In this document: positions 26,182 through 39,656 of the stretch, piece after piece | How positions within the stretch are numbered: the stretch's first letter is position 1 | Layout of the letters: each line of letters begins with the position of its first letter | Source: the human T2T-CHM13v2.0 reference genome, Homo sapiens | DNA: 64,000 bases | Strand: one strand, 5' to 3' | NCBI RefSeq assembly: GCF_009914755.1 | Contig: NC_060926.1 | Program-made: the position numbers and the translations under genes | The notes under the pieces: generated by a model | What the model was told of the DNA's origin: nothing | The model's input: the letters and a program-made list of their open reading frames with translations, nothing else | Database searches by the model: none

Positions 26182-26739
26182 GACTTCCATAGTTAGATGC
26201 CAAGCAGACAGTTAATTGTGTGTATCTGGAGCTCAGGAAAGAGGTCAAAAAATATAGTTTAGAATAATTAACTTACAAATGGCATTTAACTGATTATTTA
26301 ACCTAGAAAATAAAGTTTCAAAATTAATATTTTGCAAATTCTATTTGCTGTAAAATGCTTGCATGTTGAATTGAACAGAACTAGAAGCTGATATTTAGAA
26401 GAGACTTAATTCCTTTATTTTATTTGTTATTGCAAAGGAAGTCTCAGTCTTTACATTTTGTTTTGAGGGAATAGTGGGGAGATCTGTTTGCTCTGAGAAT
26501 GATTTTCAAGTTCTGAGTATATATTTCCTTTAAACAGATGTGTACTAAAAATTGTATATCTTAGTATTTCATTTTATGAATGGAAAGTTTTAAAAGTATT
26601 TTTAGAAGTAAAACAATCATTCACTATTCTGAAATGATTATTATTTTTATGTATTACCTAGACTCATACCAGAAACATTATTTTGTATTTTGCTTTTTTA
26701 AATTTGCATGTTTTGAAAAGTTTCCAAGTTTGTCAGTGT

Positions 26740-27570
26740 ATATTTTTAGAACATGCTTTTCAAAATCTGTGTAATATTTCATCACATGGCACTACCATAA
26801 CTTTCTTATTGTTAGTTATGTAATAAATTCACAATTTTCTTTATTATTATGAAGACATTGAATTTCACATCCTCAAGACTTTGACTGTACATTTGTTCAT
26901 TTTCTTAGGTTAGATTCCTAGAAATGGGGAAATTCTTTAATTCTAAAATTTTTTTAAGGGTTTAGGACATATATTGCTATTTTGTCTACTGAACAAGCTG
27001 TGCACATTTACTACTGTCAGCTGAGCATGGGAATGCCTTTAATATTGCCAGTATTAAGTAGTATTGCCTTTGTCAATTTCATACCAAAAAAAGATACATT
27101 TTTATTTTATCTATATCTCTCTAATTGCTAAAGAGGCTTAATTTTTATATGTTCTTTATTTTTAACTTTCTCTTTTACTGTTTGCTCCAATCTTTTGCTC
27201 ATTTTTCTAAGGAGAAAGGTTTGCATTTGTATTCATTTATAATTGTTTTGGCTGCCAAGAACTGTTATCTCTTTTTGCACAAATTTGTAAAACTTGTTCC
27301 TAGGTATCATTATCCTTTTCATTTTTGCTTTAATAACTTTGCTTTCAGAATTATACATTATATCTAATCAATGTAACTCTTCCTTTAATGTTGCTCTTTA
27401 TATGTGTTTACGTATTCTTTCCTCATGCTGAATCCAGTAAATAATAACCATTTTTTAAATATTTTATTGTCTTCATTTTACACACTTGAAATCTTAATTC
27501 ACTGAAAATAAAATTGGTTTGAAGTGTTATACATAAGAAAAGAATATCTCAAATTTCTTTCTAGCAGCAT
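26740..27570 (-). mobile_element. Very old L1ME-type fragments
   Basis: TTTTCTTAGGTTAGATTCCTAGAAATGG, TCTTTTGCTCATTTTTCTA; T-rich strand bias; boundaries approximate. Confidence 0.5.
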
Positions 27571-27809
27571 TGGTTGAAAATTATTTTACAATTTAAAGAC
27601 ATGATAGAGTCTGTTTCAATAACTTACTTAATTAATTTACAATACAATCATGTTATGGTTTGGAGTATCGTTTCTCATGCATTTTCATGTCCTTAATATA
27701 AAACTACTGTTACTATGCTTGTTGACAAACTTTGCCTCGTTTTTTCCTTCAAATTTCAGTTCAACTTAAGTTATCATTATTCTATCACCCCAGTCCACTT
27801 ATATCTATT

Positions 27810-28357
27810 AATGTACTTAGGAAAAGTGCCCTGCTCCTTAATGCTGGAGGTAGGGCTCTGAAAACTACATTTCCTTTAATAGTGTCTCTGTCTGAGTCTG
27901 CTAATAAGAAGTGCTAGCAGGAGGCGGCAAGGACAGGATCATGGGGCTTGCTTCTTCTCATCGGCTTCCTGTGGGAATTGTGCTCTTCTCTTCCCATGAG
28001 TATCTTCCTAGAATGCTTCTTCCCTTTGGTAGCAGCAATTCCTTCTTGTAGCAGCCACTGTATCCATTTTGCAGATTTCCGAACCCTCACAGAATCAGCC
28101 TCATCACGCCTCAGCACCCAGAAACCCAGCACCGTTGCCAATGCCCTCTCTTGACTCTGTGGGAGGCCCTCCTCGACTTCAAATTAATAATAAATCCAGC
28201 GTCTTCCCTGTTTCCTCAGCCTTAGCAGTGTTAACTGCGTCCGTTGGTGCTATCTCTGTGTTTCTACAGTTCTCTTTTGAGTCACCCAGTTGGCAGCTTC
28301 CTACTTCTACGTCCTGATTGGGTTCATTTGCTTTCCTGAGTGGACTCTCGCTAATAA
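27810..28357 (+). mobile_element. LTR33-like ERVL LTR
   Basis: CCCTGCTC..CTGAAAACTACATTTCC..TCTGCTAATAAGAAGTGCTAGCAGGAG and terminal TTTCCTGAGTGGACTCTCGCTAATA. Confidence 0.6.
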
Positions 28358-29303
28358 CTGGAAGCATAGCGTATCTCTTCATTTATTGTCTTCTTTGAAC
28401 TCTGTTAACAGAAATTTATAGTTCTTGTTCTATATTCGTGTGACATATTTCTAGTTAATTATGAGGTACTTTATATTTTGTTGTTTGTGTGTGTGGGCTA
28501 GCTTTGTCATAAATCTTTGAGCAGGTCATTGCCAGAATAAAGGAAAACTTTTAATTCCATGTCGATTTTAAGTAATTAATTTTTTCTGAAGTTTAATGAA
28601 AGAAGAGAACTGTATGTTTCAGAGCATAATCACTGGAGATGTTTGTAGCTATGTTAAAAGTTTATGCTAATAGCATAAATGAAGTCTACCTGGTTCCATC
28701 AATGCCTGAATAATCTGACTGTATCACAATTGACATTCACTGGGAAAAAATGAAGAAGGCATAATGGAGACTAACAAAGGACAAGGAAGATCACAGCAGA
28801 CATTGCTAAAAATAAAAATTATTTCCAAAAGAAATGCTATTCATAGTGAATTATATATGTTATTGGTGATGATCTGTGAAGGCATAAAATAGAATTTCAT
28901 TATTTTAGTATGAGAGTCTCGATAGGTCAATTTTGCCATAATCAAAACAAGTTCAAAAATAAGTGGAGTTATCATGGGATTTAAGTTGTTCAGGGAATTA
29001 GGTATGTAGTTGTAAAAGATCTTTATTTTGACTCCACTACTAATCCGGGGAGTGTGACTAATAAAATAAAAGTTAGTAGTTTTAGTTACAAAATGGCAGA
29101 GTTGATTGTTTGCTAACAGATTTCAATATGAATAAATATTACTGATGATATTGTTTTGTAGCTCTTCATTTCAGCCAAGGTCAAAATGAAGTAATTAAAT
29201 TAAAGCTGCAGCAGGAGACTTTAGATCAGGTAGAAGGAGCACTTCTGCTACAAGGGCCATTTTGTAATGTATTTTGGGTACCTAGTTATGTTTTTCTTTA
29301 GAA

Positions 29304-30321
29304 AAGGGATAGACAAACCTTTCCTGTAAAGTGTCAGTAAATATTTTAGGCTCTAAAGCCAGACAGTCTCTGTCACAGCTATGCAATTCTGACTTTTTAA
29401 TGCAAAAGCAGCCACAGGTAATACTAAACAAATAGGCATGGATATGTCCCAACAAGGCTTTATACAGTAGTCCCCTTTTATCCTCTATTTTGCTGTCCAT
29501 GGCTTCAATTGCCTGTGGTCAAGCTTGGTCTGAAAATATTAAATGGGAAATTCCAGAAATAAACAATTCACGAGTTTTAAGTTGCCCACCATTCTGAGTA
29601 GCCTGATGAAAATCTTGCACTGTCCCTCTCCATCTTGTTCAGGATGTGAATTATCTTTCTCCAGCATCTCCATGCTGACTATGCTCCCTGCCACCTAGTC
29701 ATTTAGTAGCCCTTTTGGTCATCAGATCACCTATCCTGGTATTGCAGTGCTTGAATTCATGTAATCCTTATTTTACTTAATAATGTCACCAAAGCACAAG
29801 CATAGTGATGGTGGTAATTCTGACATGATAAGTAGAAGCTATAACACACTTTTTTAAAAGTAGAAACATGAAAGTTCTAGACTTAATAAGAATAAAAATT
29901 GTAATTTGAGGTTGCTAAGATCTACAGTAAGAACAAATCTTCTATTTAAAAGTAGAAACATGAAAGTTCTAGACTTAATAAGAACAAAAATTGTAACTTG
30001 AGGTTGCTAAGATCTACGGTAAGAACAAATCTTCTATCTGTGAAATTGTGAAGAAAGAAGTCTCACAGTATAATGTTTTAATTGTTCTATTTTATTAGTA
30101 ATTGTTGATAATCTCTTAGTGTATCAAATTTAACTGAAACATTATCACAAGCATGTATGTATTGGAGAAAACATGATGTACATACGGTTCAGTACTACCA
30201 ATGTTCTTAGGCATGCACTAGGCGTCTTGAAATGAATCTTTCATAGACAAGGGAAAACTACTTTATACGAAACAAGCAGCAGGCCAGATTTGGGTCATAG
30301 ATTGAATATTGCCAACCCCTG
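29304..30321 (+). mobile_element. MER58A hAT-Charlie element split by MER44
   Basis: CAAACCTTTCCTGTAAAG..GTAAATATTTTAGGCT..GCAGCCACAG and GGCCAGATTTGG..TTGCCAACCCCTG; 8-bp TSD CTTTAGAA/TTTTAGAA. Confidence 0.85.
29465..30263 (+). mobile_element. MER44 (Tigger7-derived) TcMar element
   Basis: TA-CAGTAGTCCCC terminus, AAATGGGAAATTCCAGAAATAAACAATTCA, other end AAGGG..ACTACT-TA. Confidence 0.85.
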
Positions 30322-32756
30322 TTTTAGAAGACTGGAAACAGAAATTGTAAAATCAACTCTCCAGGTAGAACCATTTTGGGAGATTTATATTTTGGCACGT
30401 CTCAAAATATGGTGGTAGCTTGGGGATTCTATGCCACCAAGCTTTCTATTCCTTTTTGATTCCCTTCTTAGTATAATATTGGACAGCCATACCTTTCAGT
30501 CTTCAGAATTATCACTCCGAAAAGAGTGGTGTGATTTCTTAACAATGTTACTGATAAAAAATTAATTTTTTTTGTGATTTAGGCATACTCAATTTTGTTT
30601 TTATCATATTAAATTGAAAAAGTTAATATACCGGCTTGCCTGTCTTCACCCCCTTGTAAGGAAATTTGTACCACTTGTAGCTGTTTTTAGTTAGGCGGGT
30701 ATATTTTCTGTTGTAAAGCTCTCTCACTCCCAGGACCCAGAGAATGTGCTTAATCTAGGGAAGCCCTACCACAGGCTGGACACCATGCTAAAATGAGACT
30801 GCAAGATATGCAAACTGGAAAGTTGCCAGAGGCCAGGCAGATAATATAAAAGAATGAAGGAGGCCAGATTAAACAGTAGCTCACTTTCTTCTGCTTAGAA
30901 GCTCTTCTCTAAAATATGCCAGGGCATAAAGACAAAGATAAAAGCCAAAGAATCTCAGCCTTATTGTAGGATAGAGTTGGGAGTGGTGGCAACCTGGAGA
31001 GCACAGGCTCTGTCCAGGGGACTGTAGCTAATCAGCACCAAGTAATTGTTAGCATAAACAAAATGCCAAGTGTTGTCAGCTCTTGTTTTTTCAAGGGATG
31101 GCAAAAATTAGGATATTTTGGTAAAAGTTACCAATTTATAAATATTGGGAGTTAATACAATTTTTTAATACTTTAGTGGAGGGGAGGCAAGAGTATCTAT
31201 GCTCAAAACATATCTGAAAGTTTAAAATGACTATTGAGTCACCATTTACAACTTCTATAGTACACATTGATTTTCTTTTTGGGGAACATGAATTTGGAAA
31301 GATAATGAGGCATACAACAGGCTTATATAACATGTATAATGGGAGGAAAGGAACTGACAAAACATGAGGTGGAGTTGGAGCCATGGCAAGATGAAGCTGT
31401 CTGTACCAAGAACATAGTCCATGCCTTGTAAATATTTGCTTTTCAATGGGGATAAGCATATTTTCAACTTAAATATTTGAACAACCATGAAGTATGAGTA
31501 AGCAGAGTTAAGTCAATTGGTAGAAACTCAATTGAGAGAAGAGCAGAAAAGACACGCGAAGAAAAATTGAAACTCAAGAGGAGGTAATTAAGTCTGTGAA
31601 AAAGAAGAGAAGACAGTCTGGTCCTTGAAGTTGCCTCCTCTCATGGTACTTTTTCTTTCTAGTTCTAGACTTTTTCCTCTTGTAATCTTACAGCAAAACT
31701 TCTTATCCTGAGCTGACTTGGATGGATTTTTTAAATATATATACTTAAAAGAACCTGAACCAAGCATAAAACATTATAGCGTATATCTGGTTGTTTTAGG
31801 TAGTGAGTACAGGGTCATGGTGGTTAATCTTACATGTTGTATCCCAAGAAAACTCACATGCAAGATAGATAGAATTGCAAAACACAAGAATTATTTATGT
31901 CCAACAATGTACTTTCTTATTAATTCACTTAAGATTATAATATTTGTTACCTGTCATTCAAAGCATCTGATGCAATATTTGGTACCAGTGATAGTTTGAG
32001 TAATAAAAAATAATTAGAATAAAGAATGCAGTCATTTAAAAAATACAAATTTAATGAAAGGGGTTTTGGTTCTATGATGAAATGGTTTTAATGTTATAGT
32101 TTCTGGGAAACTGGAATCTTGAAGGTTTTGATTTAAATTCCTTTAAATTGAAATTAATAAACTTAAAACTTACTTTTAAAATATAGAAATACTTTGATAA
32201 AACCCAATTTGTCTATGCTTCATAATATAAAAGAGTGAATTTCATCTACTTATCACATATATTTACATGATTATTTTAGTGCTATCACTTCCTGTCATAT
32301 TAAAATACTTTAAATATATGTTTCAATAACAAATTTTGGATTTATGGAAACCAGCAGATTAACTCTTATATTTTGATGGGTAATGAGCTCACTTGCTCCA
32401 TATGACTTGACTGATCTGGCCATTCTAAGATTGAATATCAGATTACTCTTCTCTAAGTAATATGTCCATTTTAGCTTTGCCATTTTGGGGGGAATAGTGA
32501 ACCTATCAAAAGCATTGAGTTTGCCTTAATGTGCTCTATGTTATGAAGCTAATATGAATTTATCTTGTCCCCTGATCTATGGTTAAGATAAAATAATTTT
32601 AGGAGTCTTTAATCCTAGACTTTCAATCCCAAATTGGCAAATTACCTAAATATATCTGGAAAAGATGCAATCTCAGCTATGTCTTTGACATCTGAATGCA
32701 AAGAAGGTGAAATAACACATGGGGCAATTTATTGATGTGATAAGACAAGGAGAAAA

Positions 32757-35700
32757 TGTTTTTATTGTATATATTTAAAGTGCACAACCTGATATTTTGA
32801 TATACCTATATATTGTATAATAGTTACCATAATTAAGCTTATTATCGCATCTATCACCTCATACAATTGCCATTGTTTTCTTGCGGTTAGAACACTTAAA
32901 ATCTACTCTTAGCAAATTTCAAGTACATTATTAACTATTGTCATCATGCTACGCATTAGATCTTCAGAATATATTCATCTTAGAAAGTTTGTACTGTATG
33001 ACAGAAATTCTCTTATTTCCTCCCCCATCCCATAACCTGGCAACCATTGTTCTTTTTTTTTTTATATTTATTATACTTTAAGTTTTAGGGTACATGTGCA
33101 CAATGTGCAGGTTAGTTACATATGTATACATGTGCCATGCTGGTGTGCTGTACCCATTAACTCGTCATTTAACATTAGGTATATCTCCTAATGCTATCCC
33201 TCCCCCTCCCCCCTCCCCACAACGGTCCCCAGAGTGTGATGTTCCCCTTCCTGTGTACATGTGATCTCATTGTTCAATTCCCATCTATGAGTGAGAACAT
33301 GCGGTGTTTGGTTTTTTGTCCTTGCGATAGTTTACTGAGAATGATGATTTCCAACTTCATCCATGTCCCTACAAAGGACATGAACTCATCATTCTTTATG
33401 GCTGCATAGTATTCCGTGGTGTATATGTGCCACATTTTCTTAATCCAGTCTATCATTGTTGGACATTTGGGTTGGTTCAAAGTCTTTGCTATTGTGAATA
33501 GTGCCGCAATAAACATACACATGCATGTGTCTTTATAGCAGCATGACTTATAGTCCTTTGGGTATATACCCAGTAATGGGATGGCTGGGTCAAATGGTAT
33601 TTCTAGTTCTAGATCCCTGGGGAATCGCCACACTGACTTCCACAATGGTTGAACTAGTTTACAGTCCCACCAACAGTGTAAAAGTGTTCCTATTTCTCCA
33701 CAACCTCTCCAGCACCTGTTGTTTCCTGACTTTTTAATGATTGCCATTCTAACTGGTGTGAGATGATACCTCATTGTGGTTTTGATTTGCATTTCTCTGA
33801 TGGCCAGTGATGATGAGCATTTTTTCATGTGTCTGTTGGCTGCATAAATGTCTTCTTTTGAGAAGTGTCTGTTCATATCCTTTGCCCAGTTTTTGATGGG
33901 GTTGTTTGTTTTTTTCTTGTAAATTTGTTTGAGTTCATTGTAGATTCTGGATATTAGCCCTTTGTCAGATACTCACCTGGCAACCATTGTTCCATTCTGT
34001 TTCTATGAGTTCAGCATTTTTAGATTCCATGTATTTAACTGAGATTATGCAGTATTTGCCTTTCTGTTTCTGGCTTATTCCACTTAGCATAATGTTTTCT
34101 AGATTCATCCATTTTATTGCAAATCAGTATTTCATTCTTTTTCTAGGCTGAATAATATTCTACTCTATGTAACTATATCTATAGATAGACATCACATTTT
34201 CTTTATCCATTCATTTGTCAATGAATATTGAGGTTGATTCTACATCTTGGCTATTGGGAATAATGCTGCAATGCACGTGGGAATGCAGAAATCTCTTCCA
34301 GATACTAATTTTACTTTCTTTGCATATATTCCCAGAAATAGGTTTGCTGGATCATGTGGTAGCTATAATTTTAGTGTTTTAAGGAATCTCCTTACTTTTT
34401 TCCATAATGGCTATACCAATTTATATAATAGTTTCAATAATGTACAAGTGTTTCCTTTTCTCCAATCCTCACCAATATTTATTATCATTTGACTTTTTAA
34501 TAATAACCTTTCTAACAAGTGTGAGGTGACATCTCGTTGTTTTGATTTGCAATTCTTTGATAATTAGTTGAGCACCTTTTCATATACATGTTGGACATTT
34601 GTATATCTTCTTTGGATAAATCTCTATTCAGGTCCTTTGTCCATTTTTAACTATTTTGCTACTGTGTTGTATGAGTTCTTTATATATTTCGAATGTTAAA
34701 CACTGTCAGATATAAAGTTTGCAAATATTTTGTCCCATTCTATAGGTGGCCTTTTCATTTTGTTGATTTTTCCCTTTCCTCTGCAGAAACTTTTTAGTTT
34801 GATGTAGTCCCACTTGTTTATTTTTGCTTTTGTTGCTTGTGCTTTTGGTGTGATATCCAAAAAAGCATTGTCCAGACCAATGTCATGTGGTTTTCCCCCT
34901 ATATTTCTTCTAGGATTTTTATGGTTTCAAACCCTATATTTAAGTCTTTAATTCACTTTGAGTAGTTTTTGTATGTGGTGTAAGATAAGGGTCCAATTTT
35001 ATTGGATATAACCAATTTATTTTTGGGTATATCCAGTTTTCCCAGCCCCTTCATTGAAGGGACGGCCCTTTCCCCATTGTGTATTTTTGATGCCTTCATT
35101 GAAGATTAGTTGAGTTTGTATGAGTTTTTATTTTCCTTTATTTTGAGCTCTCAATTCTACTCTATTGGTGCAAAAGTCTGTTTTAATGCCAGTTCCATGC
35201 TGTTTTGATATAGCTTTATAAAATACTTTAAAATCAGGTAGTGTGATGCATCCAGTTTTGTTCTTCTTGTTCAAGATTACTTTTGGTCTTTTGTCTACTC
35301 AGGGATCTATTCAGGAACTCTTGTGCTTCCACACAAATTTTAGGATTTTTTTTCTATGTCTGTGAAAAATGTCTTTGAAGTTTTGATAGAGATTGAATTG
35401 AATCTTTAGACAACTTTAGGTAATATGGACATTTTAACAATATTAATTATTCTAATCTATTAACAGAATATATAATTACATTTGTGTCTTCTTCAATTTT
35501 TTATCTTTTTTTCTAAGTTTCTGTGTATAGATCTTTCATCTCTTTGGTTACATTTATTCATAAGTATTTTATTCATTTTGATATAAATGGAATTATTTTA
35601 TTAATATCTTTTGGGTAGTGTGTTGTAGTGTACGTAAATGCAACTGTTTTGTAGGTTGATTTTGTATTCTGCAACTTCACTGAATTTGTTCGTTCTAACA

Positions 35701-36090
35701 ATTTTTTTGTGCATGTAATGTTTAGAGTTTTGTATATATAAAAATCATGTCATGAGCAGAGAGTTTTACTCCTCATTTCAAACTTAGATATATTTTACTT
35801 TTTTTTCTTGCTTAATTGCTCTGGCTAGAACTTCTAGTACTATATTGAATAGAAATGCTGAGAATGGACATCCATATTTTGTTTCTGATTTTAGAGGAAA
35901 AGTATTCAGGTTTTCACTGCTGAGTATGATGTTAGCTGTGGGCTTGTAATATATGGCTTTTATATGTTGAAGAATATTTCTTCTATACCTAATCCACTGA
36001 GGGTTTTTAATCATGAAAAGACATTGAATTTTGTCAAATACTTTACCTCTCTATTGAGTTGATTATAATTTTTATCCTTCCTTCTGTTAA
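32757..36090 (-). mobile_element. L1MA-type LINE (3' UTR plus ORF2 part), interrupted by a younger L1PA
   Basis: TTTTTATTGTATATATTTAAAG..ACAA 3' end, reverse ORF2 remnants (PTANIIL..FPLKS..GCPFS..FNIVLEVLARAI). Confidence 0.88.
33053..33974 (-). mobile_element. 5'-truncated L1PA3/4-like insertion with 18-bp TSD
   Basis: Poly(T), L1PA 3' UTR, open ORF2 C-terminus (33274-33876); TSD ACCTGGCAACCATTGTTC at 33035-33052 and 33975-33992. Confidence 0.96.
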
Positions 36091-37094
36091 TATTGTATAT
36101 TATATAAGGAAATGTTAATATTATATATTCCATAAGAAAAAAGTATTAATTATGAATTATGTAAAGTTTTTCACAATATTTCTGAAGTGGAAATCCATAT
36201 ATTTAATAGATTATTCATAATTTGCAACTTCAATAGATGGTTAATTTTTCTGATCTGTTTTGAAATATACATTTGTATTTTTTTTAATCATTGGTACAAT
36301 TAGAGACAGGAAAATCTGGGCCCATGTTAGATGATCTTTCTATTTGAAACCACTGTGGAGACATTGTGTATTTATTATCTAAAAGACTTAGGACTTCAAA
36401 ACCGGGAGTAAATAGAACACTATATTTTAAGCTAGTAAGTGTACTGCCAAAATAATGAAAAACTGACTGTTTATAGAGCCAGCAGAGGATGACTTAGTGA
36501 CGGGGCAAACCTAACTTAGAATATTTTTTTTCAAAAGGTGATAGGATAGGAGATGGGGGAAGTTCCTCCTAGTAGGGAACTATACTTATTTTTCTTATTG
36601 CCAATTAATGTGGGTGGCACATTGTAGTTATTGCTTGTTTATTAACCCACATTTTTCTATGTAATGTTGCTCTAATGCATTGAAGAACTTTGTTTACAAA
36701 TAGAAAAATAAACAAACTAACACATAGTTCAGTGTAAAATTCTTTGGCAATAGCATGTAATTGAACAGGTTTTGAAACACTGCTTTTCCCTCTGGGTTTT
36801 GAAAATATTTGGTGTTATGTTCCTATAATCTTAAAATATTCATTTATATAGTTTGCTTTTACATTTAAAACTACATTTTAAGAAACAAAATGTTAATATA
36901 TGACATCATGGCAAGCATGATAGACTTTATGAACATACTTGAGAATCAGGTCATTCTGTTGTAATCTATATAATAAAGCAATAACCTTCTGGGCAGCAAC
37001 AATATATTTATCATATTGAGAAGGAGAAAATGTTGACTAATAAACCACAAAATTCTGAGCTCCTTTAATTTTTCCCATATGAAAGATATGGTTT

Positions 37095-37458
37095 CTGTGT
37101 GCATCAGGGTCCTGGCAGAAAAAAAGATGGCACATGCATTTGGGTAATTTGAGAAATGCATTATAAAGGCAGAGCATAAGTAAACCACAAAGGACAGTAG
37201 AAAATACCCTGATGCTTATAAAAGCATCTTTAAAAGCTGTGTGGTGAGAATTGCCTGGCAGAAAATACAATAAAAAATAGAAAAAGCTAGAATGACCCTG
37301 GAGGGAGGCAACAGGGGGACTATATACCCTAACTTGCCTCTTATCTCCCGCTAATGTTGCTCATTGGACAAACCCAACCAGAAGTCTTTCTGGGCACAGA
37401 GTAGGATGCAGAAGCATGGCAAGTGCAATTGAAGAGGTAAATTGAACATATTCAGCAC
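37095..37458. mobile_element. Ancient LTR-like element (family uncertain)
   Basis: ATCAGGGTCCTGGCAGAAAA..AGATGGCACA start and CTCATTGGACAAACCCAACCAGAAG motif typical of old ERVL-type LTRs. Confidence 0.45.
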
Positions 37459-37954
37459 ATATTCTAATCAGGTATTTCTCAGGCCTTTTTTGGGTATGTA
37501 ACCTTCGAATATTACTTAAGTATTCTAGATATAAGAATTCTTAGATTTTAAATAAGAGCGCTTATGTTCTAAACTCTCATGATTCTCTGAAAAAAATGTT
37601 AGAATCAGTCTTGTCAAAATTGGCAAGGTTTTATATTACTTAATGGAATATATTTTAGTGTCATAACAATTTAAATATTTACTTTCCATTACTCTTAATT
37701 TTTAGATGCTCTTCAAAAAGAACTTTAGATATTTAATATTTTTCCTTCTATAGAGGAATTCTTTTGAACTTCATGTTATTCCTCTATAGAAATTCATCGT
37801 GTTTTATTTGTAAAAAATTACCACCTTTAAAAATACATAGCTATTCAACTGAATCTATTCCTTTATAATTTTATAGCCAAACATTCCAGCATAATTTGAA
37901 TTTATTTTTAGAAACTTTTACTTCACTGAGGAAATTATTCAAAAAGAGTATGAA

Positions 37955-38175
37955 TGGGTAGCTAATATTGACTAAGCACTTTGGGTAAAGTTGACTTTGA
38001 GTTAAACATTTTATATACATATTTCATTGAAACATACACAGTCATCATAATATATAAATATTACGATATGAATTAACAGAAAAGAAAATTGAGGAGGAGA
38101 GATATTACATTCTTGTCACATAGCAAGTGGTCAAACCAGGATTTGAGCACATGTCTATCTCATCCCAAAGCTGAA
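37955..38175 (-). mobile_element. MIR fragment
   Basis: TAGCTAATATTGACTAAGCACT, AGAAAATTGAGG, TTGTCACATAGC..AGGATTTGAGC. Confidence 0.6.
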
Positions 38176-39272
38176 GTACTCCCTGAAATACACAGCATAA
38201 TATTTCTGTTCTTCCCCTACTCTCATAATATTTATTATACAAAATGTGCCTATGTTTTGAGAAAATCACAAGAGCATCTGTATTATGGTTTGATCTCAAG
38301 TTTAATGTATAACTTCTGAAAGTATAAAATTATTATAAGGTCCTTCTTTATTAAGTAGTCTATGTTTATAACAATATATTTTTGGGATCCAAAATTACAA
38401 GCCAACACTCAAAGCAAAGTGCACAAAAGATGATGTTTACATTTCTGATTTGTACTGTTAGCGGTTCTCAGGGTTAGAGTTCCAGCTTGTTGGTCAAAAG
38501 GAAGACAAATGAGGCTAGTACTAAAATTTTAAGGGTGTTCTTTCCTATACAAAACAAAGTACAGTGGGTGGTGGGGAGCAGGGTGGAGGGTTGGGAGAGA
38601 TTCTGTTTCCCATAATGGTAAAATAGTTTATTGTGGAAAAATTCTGCTATTGAAAAAAAGTATAAAACTGTGGGATGGGGAGGTGGGGGGAGCTGGGGGA
38701 ATAATCTCTCCTACAGCATCAGAGAACTAGCAAGAGGGCCAGAATATGATGAAAAGGAAGTAAACTGAAATGAGCCCAACATTCTTTATCCCTTTCTTTT
38801 CAAAATTATTTGCCAACTACTGTCACTCAGAGTTGAGAGGCTAAAACATTGAACAAAAAAGAGGCACTTGGTAAGTAAGAAACTGAGTAGAAATTTTGAC
38901 AGCCCCACAGGCTGGTGAGAAAAATATTGGTGATTAGGGAGTATCAAAGAGCAGAGGTCCTGGATAATTCTCAAGATGTACATTTAGGAACCGAGAAGTG
39001 TCATCACCTAAGAGTAAGGGTGAACTAGAAACACACAGTCTCTTACAAAAGACTAAAAAACAACTTCAAACCAACTCAGTCCTAAACTAAATGAAGGTCA
39101 TCTATTTCTACACACACTGCCTGCTAAAGAGTAAAACTAGTTTTTTTTTTCTGAAGAAAAATTAAACTATCTAGAACCTCAGTTTATCCTTCATTTTTTA
39201 AAAAACACAAGAGCTAGAATGCAAAAGTAAAAACTAAAGCATGCTGACAATGGGGCAAATTACAAAAGGATA

Positions 39273-39310
39273 ACACACACACACACACACACATGCACAC
39301 ACACACACAC
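39273..39310 (+). repeat. Interrupted (CA)n microsatellite
   Basis: Direct observation. Confidence 0.95.
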
Positions 39311-39656
39311 CTACACTGGACCAACAGGTAACCCAGATGCTGTAATAACCACATATGAACTTTAAGATTAATATGTCTTAGAACATATATGACAAGATTG
39401 AAGCATATCTGACAAGATTCCAGTTATATCAAGAAACTGGCCCATATAAAATAACATGTACTTGACATTCTAGAACTGGAGAAAAAGATAATAGTTTCAG
39501 ATTAAATGAAGAATTTAATACATGTGTTTAGCAGCAAATTAAATATAGTGAAAGAGAAGATTTGTAAACTGGAAAATATATTATAGAAAATGTCCTTACT
39601 GAAGCATAGGGGATTAAAAAAAAGATGGAAAATACATTTTTAAAAAGCTTAAGAGA

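Noticed and set aside
27914-28382. Processed pseudogene suggested by overlapping ORFs and higher GC
   Set aside because: Flanking motifs fit an LTR33-like LTR; no poly(A), TSD or recognisable protein
30620-31720. Possible old LTR and hAT fragments
   Set aside because: The resemblance is too weak to assign a family or boundaries without a search
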